Shown here: in pieces, positions 54,410-64,000 of the stretch
Layout: each line of letters opens with the position of its first letter
Position numbering within the stretch: position 1 is the first letter of the stretch
Assembly (NCBI GenBank): GCA_043228905.1
Contig: JBHGNT010000010.1
Location: 4,402,001-4,466,000 of the forward strand
Origin: Azolla caroliniana
Lineage: Eukaryota > Plantae > Polypodiophyta
Reading direction: 5' to 3'
Length of the DNA: 64,000 bases
The notes under the pieces: generated by a model
What the model saw: the letters and a program-made list of their open reading frames with translations, nothing else
The model's database searches: none
Told to the model about the DNA's origin: nothing
Made by a program: the position numbers and the translations under genes

Positions 54410-57400
54410 ATTAACATAAACAAGAGTGCACACCATTACAAGGAGAAGGAGAGAGGTGCTTATGTAGTCACCTTCTATCTATATTCTCTTTTTACAACCA
54501 CCACTTACTAAAAAGAGGTGGAGACTTAACTACACTAAATATGTGTCATAGAACCACATTAGTTACTATACTAGGAGGTGGGGTGTTCACACACTTGAGT
54601 ATACTAAGGTGTGTTCCCACACTAAGGAAGTTGAGTTTGATTCTCAACATGTTCCATCAAACGCGATTGTCGGCTACTTATTATTGCTCCATGATATGGC
54701 GTCGCTGCCGAGGGAGAAGACGAATCTTGATGTTGATCGTCCGTTGGCTTTGTAGCCGGCCCAATCGGCATCGTTGTACCCATTCGAGCCAAATCGGTGT
54801 GACCGATTTGTACAGGATGTCGTAAACATGGTCACACTCACGTACCTTAGTACTCGCTTAGCACAGTCAAGATGAATGTCACGTGGATACTGCATGAACT
54901 GGCTAAGGAGGCTGACCGAGTAACTAAGATTGGGTCGGGTGACGGTGAGATAGATTAGGCTTCTGACTAGCTGACCATAGAGAGTCAACACACACTCTCC
55001 TATGCCAGAATCAACATCTAGTCTTAGATTTCAATCGAGAGGGGTAGCGATGGGCTTACACTCTGTCATCCCAAACTTGAAGAGAAGATTGAGGATATAG
55101 TGTTGTTGGGCGATCATGGTGTCGTCAAGAGTTCAAATTATTTCTATTCCTAGAAAGTGATGGAGCTCCTTCATGTCTTTCATTTCGAATCATCCGAAGA
55201 GTAGCTTCTTGGTATGTTCGATATCCCCGATATGCTCTCCTCCAATGACCAAGTTGTCCACATAAATTATGATGAATAATTGTCCTCTAGAGTCGTTTCG
55301 GATGAACATAGAATTGTCGGACTTGGACATTTTGAAGCCGATTCGATTTGGTGAAGATATTGAGCTATCTTTGAATGTCATGCTCTCGATGCCTGCTTGA
55401 GACCATAGAGAGGCAATTTGAATCCGTAAACAGTAGTCAAATGCGTACTCGAATGGAATCTGGGTGGTTGTACCATGTACGCACCTCCTCTTCTAACTCG
55501 CCTTGTAGAAAGGCGTTCTTCACGTCCATTTGGTGGAAGCGCTAACCTTTTGCTGCTACAAGCGCGATCATGGTTCAGATGGTTGTCATCTTTGCCACTG
55601 GGGCAAAGGTCTCTTTGTAATTGACCCCATGAGACTGCGCATATCCTCTTGCCACAAGCCGAGCCTTGTACTGATTGATGGTGTCTTCGACGTTGTGCTT
55701 CACCTTGAATATCCATTGGCATCTGATTGCCTTTTGATGGGGTGAAGGGGGGACGAGATCCCATGTCTCGTTTTTGGAGAGTGCTTGCATCTCCTCATTC
55801 ATTGCTTCGACCCATCGCGGCTTTGGAAAAAGTTTCCAGCTCTCAAACTATCGCCACCTTCGTCATGAATGCATAATGATATGCCATGTAGTCATTGTAG
55901 CCGAATCAGCTGAGTACGTTCTTTTTTCACGGGTGGAGCGACATGGTGCCCCTCGTGTCCTCATGCTAGGCACATTCAATCCACCATACTCACTATCGGG
56001 TGAGTGATCCGATTCGTTTCCATCTAAGTCTTCGTACTCAGGCATGGCCTTTCCTTTGTCCTATTTCAGACTTGACCACGATGTGCTTTGGTCGCTTGGA
56101 GGCTCCTATGGTCCACTCAACCTGGTTGAGCTTGGACTTTCTTCTGTTGTGAGCCTTAGTCGATCCTCCTCCTCTGAGTCTATATGGAAATCGGTTTCGA
56201 TTAGATCGGATGGAATTGATTCGGTTGTGTACTAGGATGTCGAATACAACATTCCTACTCACTCACACCTTCTTGGTAGAGGGATTTAAGCACTTATACC
56301 CATTTTGTTCGAACGAGTACCCCACGAGGATACATTTCTCCGATTTTGGATCGAGCTTTTTCTGTTTTCATCAGGAATATGTACGAAGGCGATGTCACTA
56401 AATATCCTAACGTGGGATAAGTTTGGCTTCTTTCCATAGAAGTTCTCATGGGGGGTAAGATCATGCATTCCAGATGTTATGCAATGATTCATTAGATAGA
56501 CGAGCGTGTTCGCCGCTTCAACCTAGTATGATTTCAGTTTATGTTTCTCATTCATCATTGCCCTTGCCACCTCAAGTATATGCCGGTTCTTTCGTTCGGC
56601 TACTCCATTTTGCTAAGGTGTGTGTCAGCATGTGAACTTCCACCGAATTCCTTCTTGTAGAAGGTATGTTGTGAAGGCATCATAGAAATACTCCTTGCCG
56701 ATGTCCGATCGAAGGCATCGAACATGCTGACCGATTGCCTTTTTGACTTTGTTTTTTGAATTTGGAAGTGTGAGAACACTTCATTCTTCTGTCGCATTGG
56801 AACTATCCAGGTGCGTTTGGAGAAACCACCGAATGTTGTCATTTGGGCCGATCCCCATACATCTGGATCTATTACATCTAAGATCCCTTGTTCATGTTCT
56901 TCTCCTTTGGGAACGATTGTTGGTGTTGCTTGTCAACTAGCAGGCTTCGCATACACCTATAATCTCCTTCTTGGTAAAGGTCAGAAGTTTGATAAGGACT
57001 CCTTTCGACTACATTCCTTTGAGCTTCTGGATGTGGTCGATTCTTTTGTGCCACAATTCTATGTCGGCATTAGCTTTATGGCCCTTGGCAAACATTGCCG
57101 ATTTCATCTCGTGAGAGTCGAGGATGAACATTCGGCCTTCTCTTCGACCGCGAGTGATAATTCGGCCTTCATTTTTTATGAAGCATCCTTCGTCATTGAA
57201 CTGAACCTGCATGCCTTGTTCCACGATTTGGCCGACCGAGACCAGATTCTTTGTTATAGTTGGAACATGGAGGATGTTCTTGATGTAGGTTTGATTCCCT
57301 TCTTCGTCAAAAGGGACGTTTCTGACATGCTGAATGGGGTGGACTGTGTCATCCCTTGTTTCCACATAGCCAGGTCGTTCAGGTTTTTGCAATTCTAGAA

Positions 57401-57494
57401 ACCAATCTTTACGAGACGTCATGTGATTGGATGCACCCGAGTCAACAAACCATACATTTTCTAAATTCTGATTTGGAGGTGCTTTGTCGGGCAT
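54410..57494 (-). mobile_element. Decayed, 5'-truncated Ty1/Copia element (protease, integrase, RT, partial RNase H, probable 3' LTR about 54410-54648)
   Basis: WFVDSGASNHMT, LWHKR, MNEEMQALSKNETWDLV, YKARLVARGY, LYGLKQA, IYVDNL, DADWAG...RSTS; many frameshifts and stops; LTR limits approximate. Confidence 0.9.
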
Positions 57495-59209
57495 GATGCC
57501 ATCATCGAATTGGCTCTATGTTGCATCATGAACATTCCGCCACAATCGTCCCTCTTTTTCTAAAACTGAAAAAAATGATTTTATCGCTCGAATGCATGAA
57601 ATCGTGATCCAAGAATTCGTTGGGTGTCTCGCGTTCCCCAACAAATTATGATTGCTTAGTCCAAGGTGCTTCAGGTTTATTATGTTTCCTCTTTGAAGTG
57701 CGTTGATAACGAAGAACAATTTCAATGACCTCTTCGAAGGATTTTGGATCCTTATCATGTACTATCCAATGATAGTTCGATTTCGAGGTGTCATTGACAA
57801 AACAATCAATTAATCAATTGTTCCATTCAAGACCCATTTTTTGAATTTTGGTTCTAGCATGGTGAACATAATCCTCGAGCGAGTAAAATTTCTGGCTAGA
57901 GAGGTTCATTAGTGCTTAATGCAAGATGGAGATTGTAGAATTTGACCCTTCAAAACTGTGCCAAAGTCTTTCTAGGTATCTAGTAAAATCCCAATAATGC
58001 AAAACCCACACCATCAAGTGGTGGCCTTACCCCCTAATTGTTGACCAATATAGGCAATCTTCGTACTATCCGGCTTGGGATAGAGCTCAAAATGAGACTC
58101 CCATCGACCAAGCCACATGCATGTTGCTTATTCAGTACTCTCCTTTCTTTCTCCCGTAAAGGGCTCGATGACAAATGATGGTTAACCTTGACATTCGTCC
58201 AATCTATTTAGTATCTCATAGCATAGTAATGACACGTGCTTCGAGAGGACCATGAGATTTTCAGACTTTGGAAATCTCGTTCAAAGTGGAGTCGAGGAAA
58301 TTTTGCATTTGTAAAAAAGATGACTCAATTCGGATTACCCTATGAGTAGTTCCTTGAATGCCTTCCATAAACCAACAAATGATGTAATCAAGATATGTAA
58401 TCGAAACATCCCAAAAATAAAAGTGTATGTAATTTACACAATTGAGGTGTTGACCTCTTATGCATATGACACACATCGCAAAAGACAACATAATTGAATG
58501 ATTTACATTTTAAATGAAAACTTAAACATGTTTAAGAATGGGGGAATAAATAATAGATTAAAATAAATTTTATTATCCATTCACAAAAAGGAAATACCAA
58601 AGTTCTTTTGTTGATGACTTTCTGGATCAATGCTCAAACGAACATTCGATCAATCGCAATTTGAAAGAAATAAACATAAACAAAAGAAACATTAGAAAGT
58701 TGCCTTGATACCGAATGTTAGAGATTATTCCTAATGTAAGCATAAAAACAAGGAAATTGATGATAGAGATAATAAAGAGAAAGTGAGAGAAACAAGGGTG
58801 TAGATCCACTCGGCCATCTTGAGCTAAGGGATCGAGATGGACCTCAACCTAGAACGATGTTCCATACTACTGCCATGACATCGAGTTGTACCTGGTAGGT
58901 ACTAGTGCTCACTCACTACATGAGTATGTTCACCATAAGATCAGAGTCTCAACGTGGTCAAATAATGTGTCTAATGAGGATAGTGAGGCCTCATATTTAT
59001 AGCCATACATAAGGCCCCCCAGGCAGGTTCACACTTCACCCTTAAGGGTTGTCTCAATCCCTGAGATAAAAGTAATCCTCCCTTCTTTACGCTCTCGATT
59101 AACCCTCACACTTGATATATGTATCCTCGTGTACAAAAAGAATACTATTGTACAAACTACCATGGGGAAAACTATGGTTATGCCTGTAACAGATGGTGAG
59201 TGTCAGGGC

Positions 59210-59403
59210 AAAACAGGAGCAAGTTGTAGGTCCGATCGAGGGCGTGGGGAACAGGCAAGGCAAGCATGAGCAACTTTGAGGTCCGATCAGGGGCGTGGGG
59301 AACAGGCAAGGCAAGCAAGAGCAACTTTTAGGTCCGATCAGGGGCGTGGGGAATAGACAAGGCAAGCAGGAGCAACGTTTAGGTTCGATCAAGGGCGTGG
59401 GGG
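59210..59403. repeat. 51-bp GC-rich tandem repeat, about 4 copies
   Basis: GTCCGATCAGGGGCGTGGGGAACAGGCAAGGCAAGCA...; period 51 (59231, 59282, 59333). Confidence 0.9.
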
Positions 59404-59752
59404 CATTGCGTAAAGTGGCAAATGCAGGTAGGGGCAATGTCCATAGGCGAGCTAGATATATTATTGGGAAGGGTGTGCAGGTAAGCACGTGTGGATGGGC
59501 GGGCGGATGGACGGACAAACAAACATAGGTAGGGGTAGTGGCCGGCCGGGCTCCATCCTCGAAGACCCGAAGACCCGAAGACCCGACGACCCATACCCTA
59601 GCTAGCCAGGGCCTAAGAAGAAAGACAGAGAGAGAGAGAGAGAGAGAAGGCATAATAAGGAAGGGTTCTTTTCGTTCATTCTCATTCAAAATTTTAATGT
59701 GTGTATGTGTGTGTGTGTGTGTGTGTTATATGTGTTATATGTGTATGGATGG

Positions 59753-62700
59753 ATGGCTATGGTCTTCTTCTTCCTCTCCTTATACCGGTCGTTGCCACTC
59801 AGAAGAAGCAGCCGCACAGCAGCAGACATCAGTGCTGCCTGTCGTGGTGGTGCCCTACGGATTAGGGTTAGGGTTTTGTGCAGCTCCCCTCCCTCTCCCT
59901 CTCCCCTCGCCATGGCCCCTCCCGTCCCCTCTGCTTCTCCTTCTCCTTCTCCTTCGCCTTCGCCTTCGCCTTCTTCTCTCAAGGATCAACCTTACCACGA
60001 ATCTGTCCTCCCGCAACGCATCCATAAGTTCTGCTGCATCCAGAAGGAGCTCTCCGAGAAAAACCTGCAGATCGGTGGATCTCTATTGAAGTACGTCCCT
60101 TCACACTCTCTCTATCGCTTTTTGCTGTTTTTCACTGGTTTCTCAAAAGAGCGAGAGCGAGCGAGCGAGAGAGAGAGAGAGAAAGAGAATATTTGAACAG
60201 AGATTCCTTGTTTTCGAATTTGAACTATTTAGCACCGTCACAGGGATAGGTTTTTTTCTTCTTCTTTGTATTCATTTTCTCTTTCTGTTTTCCGCAAGCA
60301 GGAATTTCGTTTTGCAGTGTTTCCTGATGACATATCTCGTTTCATTATATCTTGCCATACTTGACAGAGTTCAACATCATCTTGGAAGCTGAATTTACGT
60401 GTGTTTTGCTTTACACTGCGCTCTTTGATTACCACTTTTTGGTTTTCATCATGCATTGTACTTAATCTCCTTCATTTTCTTGTTTCACCGTGTTTCCTGA
60501 TGCCATTTCTCAATTTTCAGTAATGTCATCCTTGATCGATCTCAACATCATTTTGAAAGGAGATGGAAAGTAGAATTCATGCAAAATTTTCTTCGCTCTG
60601 ACTACCTTTTCTCGATTTGCATCATACATTGTTCTCTTACGATCCGTCAAAATTGGTATCACTGACAGAAAACTAGCAAATTTGAAAGAAAGGGTCATCT
60701 GATTTTTGTTCTCCTATGCTTTCTGATACTATTTTCGTGGTTATTAGTATGCCAAATTTAGCTAATCATCACTGTTTTTATTCATAGGAAGAACATTCTT
60801 GGAAAGAATTCGTGTAGTTCCTGCTTTGCTGTGATCTATTGTTTTCTATCGTGCTGCCTTAATCAAACACTGTTGTCACTCACAGAAAGTGAGGGTTTTT
60901 GAAAGAAGAGTTTATGCATTTGCTATGCTGCTTTGATGTCATTTCTCGTTTGTCTTCATGTTTACTTCAGGTCATCGTTGCTTTCACTCACTAAAAGCAA
61001 CGTGGTTAAAAATGTTTATTACTTCTACGAGGAAACAAAGGATTCTGAAATGGAAACTCAGTTTTTTTTATGTCATTACTTGTTTTTTCATGCTTACATA
61101 CAACACTGTTGTCAATGAACATTCACAGAAAGCAAAGACATTTTTAAACGGATGATTGATATGACTCTCGATTTGCTATAGTTCTGGTGCTGATGCCATT
61201 TCATTGTTTTCCTCACTCATACTTTATGTCAACATTGTTTTCATTCATTTCATAACAAAGGTTTCATTTCATTCGTGCTTTGCTGAATTGTTTTCTGGTG
61301 CTATTTCTAGTTTGTCATCGTGCTTACAATTAGTTCGTAATTGTTGTGACACAGAATTACGCTTCCTGATGGCACTGTAAAGGAGGGACAGAAATGGATT
61401 ACAAGCCCTGTGGACATTGCCAAGGAAATAAACCCGAAAGGCTATCATAACTGGCTCATTTCTCGAGTATGTGTTTCTCTTTGCTCATTTAACTATGTAT
61501 CTAGAAATATTGCTAGAAACTGGCTTTGCTCATATCGATTATGTATTTGGAAACGTGGCTGTTATCTGCTTGCAACAACTCACATGGAGACTTCCACTCC
61601 AATACTCTAGAGGCCATTCTATTGAAGAGGTGAAAAGACCAAACTGATTTAAGCCCAATGTTACATGGTCAAAATATTGACGATTGGTGCCTTGAGCATA
61701 TCTTCCTAAAGAATGTTATAGCAAATATTGTATATATTTTATTGTTGCTTAGAACAGTAAGATATCTTTGTGGATGTTTGTAGTCAACTTTATCTTGAGT
61801 AGATAGGAGCAGCAGCTAGAGAGAGGAAACTGTGTAGCAGCAAAGACAAAAACATTAAGAGAATAAAATAATGTAGAGAAAAACAATCGGAGAAAACTTT
61901 GTATCAGCAAAGAGAGGAAAATGAATCGCCCAAGAAGAGAGCAAGTCATAGTTAACTCATAAAACTTTTGCTTTTCGGTGGTAATTCAGAGAAGCTCATA
62001 AAAAGATAGAGCAATGAAGTGTACAATTGTATAAGTAGGGAATGGATTAGTTATCTTGCTAATGGCTTGATAATGATGCACATAAAGAAGAAGAGGAAGT
62101 TCCCTGTGTGATATCATGCAACAAGGAGACCAATATCTCCAAGTGTATAGAAGAAAACAAGATTCCTTCTACTGGAAACTGTGACTAGTGCAGTTTCCTA
62201 TGCAGTGAGCCTCCATAAAGAAAAGGCTGCTGCAACTCATTGATAATTGTTTGCTCTCTCTCTCTCTCATGGTTAATAATCTTCCTTTCGCCAATCTTGT
62301 TGACCTTACATGATTTATCAAAAGATAGTATGCACCATTTTCTTGGTGAATAGATCGCATGTTACATATGAATGTCTTGCTCTTGCAGCTTCAGCTTGTC
62401 TGTTGAGAGATCAAATGTTCTACCAATCCCCGTAGCTGACATATCCATTTGCCATAGTCTCCTTACTTTTTAGAATAATCAGTCAGATATGCACTTTGAC
62501 CAATGTGCAACAACTACAGATGTATTTGACTGATCAGTGTGAAGACATTAAGCTCTTTTTTGTGCCATATTCCATTGTCTGCCCAACCACGGATATCACA
62601 ATAATGTGTACCATGATCCATTCTTAAAGACAGGTTTGTATCTTCTGTGAAAGTTTTGTAATAATATTTGGTGGGAAACACACTTCATAATATTTATCAA

Positions 62701-63808
62701 CAAAAAAATCTATTTGCAAAAGAGTTTGCCACCTGAGTGCACACTTGTTATATATTCTTGTACACTTGAGTGTACAAATTTTACATACATTCACAAAGGT
62801 TTTCGCAGGTGAATGACGTGCTATGGGATATGTCGAGACCGTTGGTGGATGATTGTACGTTGCAGTTCTTTACCTTCGAATCAAATGAAGGACGGGATAC
62901 CTTTTGGCATTCCAGTGCTCACATACTTGGCGAGGCTAGTTGTGTTTTGTCATGCATAAAAATACTTTTCATCTTTCGGCTGTATCATGCGTGCCAAATA
63001 TCTAATTCTTGCTCAAATCTGGTCTTCAGGCTCTGGAGTTAGAGTATGGTTGCAAACTATGCATTGGTCCTTGTACTACAAGGGGAGAAGTAAGTCTTCT
63101 TTGTCAACTTGTTAAATTTTTTAATATAGCATAGTTTTCAATCCTTTTACAGAGTCCTGTAATATTTTTCAGGGGTTTTATTATGACGCATACTATATGA
63201 ACTTGACACTTAATGAGGAACATTTCAAACAGATTGAGACACGAGCATCTAATGTTGTCAAAGTAAGCTCATTTTGTATATTCTGCCAATTGATAGTAAT
63301 GTGTTGCAAAGAGAAACTATAAAGTCAACTTGATAATCATGTCATATCACAGGAAAAGCAATTATTTGAACGTATTGAGGTTACTCGAGATCAAGCGAAG
63401 GATATTTTTGCAGATAACCCATTTAAAGTAATTTTTCTATTCCCTAGTCCATGCTTGATTCACCAAATGGTGGTGGCTTATTAGGATTTTGACTTGGGTT
63501 GATACAGATTGAGATAATTAACGAGCTTCCAGAAGATAAGACGATAACAGTGTACAGATGTGGACAGTTGGTTGACCTTTGTCGAGGACCCCACATTCCA
63601 AGTACATCGTATGTCAAGGCCTTTGCAGTCTTAAAGGTGCTTTTAAATATATAATACTTCTAGTGCACATTGCTGCATGTATGCTTGTCTAATACGAGCG
63701 GAAACTGTTTGTATGCAGGCATCTGCATCATATTGGAGAGGTAAAGCTGACCGCGAAAGCTTACAAAGAGTCTATGGAATATCTTATCCTGATCCCAAAA
63801 AGCTGAAG
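59753..63808 (+). CDS. THRRS: Threonyl-tRNA synthetase (cytosolic/mitochondrial type), 5' portion; continues beyond the window
   Basis: TGS domain [12 protein letters not shown]...[18 protein letters not shown]...[37 protein letters not shown]..., [42 protein letters not shown]. Confidence 0.94.
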
Positions 63809-64000
63809 GTTTATAATCATTAACCTGTCTCTGAGACTATATGCATGTGTTATAACTTTCTTTCATATAAGATTAGTTCTCCCCTCCCAAAGTATATTAT
63901 ATTTTTGTTTCTCCTTGAAAAATGCTATCTATTGGAGTTAGAGTTATGCAAATCAGTATTCTTATCTAAATTATAATTCTGAATCCATATAATTTCTTAT

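Overview
Eukaryotic land-plant nuclear DNA with AT-rich GT-AG introns, microsatellites and nested transposon debris; a non-seed plant such as a fern or lycophyte is my inference. Ordinary genes: an AGD5/NEVERSHED-type ARF-GAP (+), PMP22 (+), a decayed presequence protease PreP (-), GUN4 (-), a COP10/UBE2E-type E2 that keeps its catalytic Cys (+), DCP1 (-) and the 5' part of threonyl-tRNA synthetase (+). The standout lies at about 358-10812: an intron-containing gene that fuses a ParB/Srx-like domain to a prokaryote/phage-type beta-class N6-adenine/N4-cytosine DNA methyltransferase (DIPY ... PYQKP ... DLFSGTG). It is hidden because a young, GC-rich 7.3-kb Ty3/Gypsy element (966-8267, minus strand) landed in its first visible exon. 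That element has 790/791-bp LTRs differing at about 4 positions, a 4-bp ACGT target-site duplication, a tRNA-Trp primer site and a candidate -1 frameshift pseudoknot. Removing the element restores one continuous reading frame of about 914+ aa. All calls come from reading the sequence and recalled family motifs; no searches were run.
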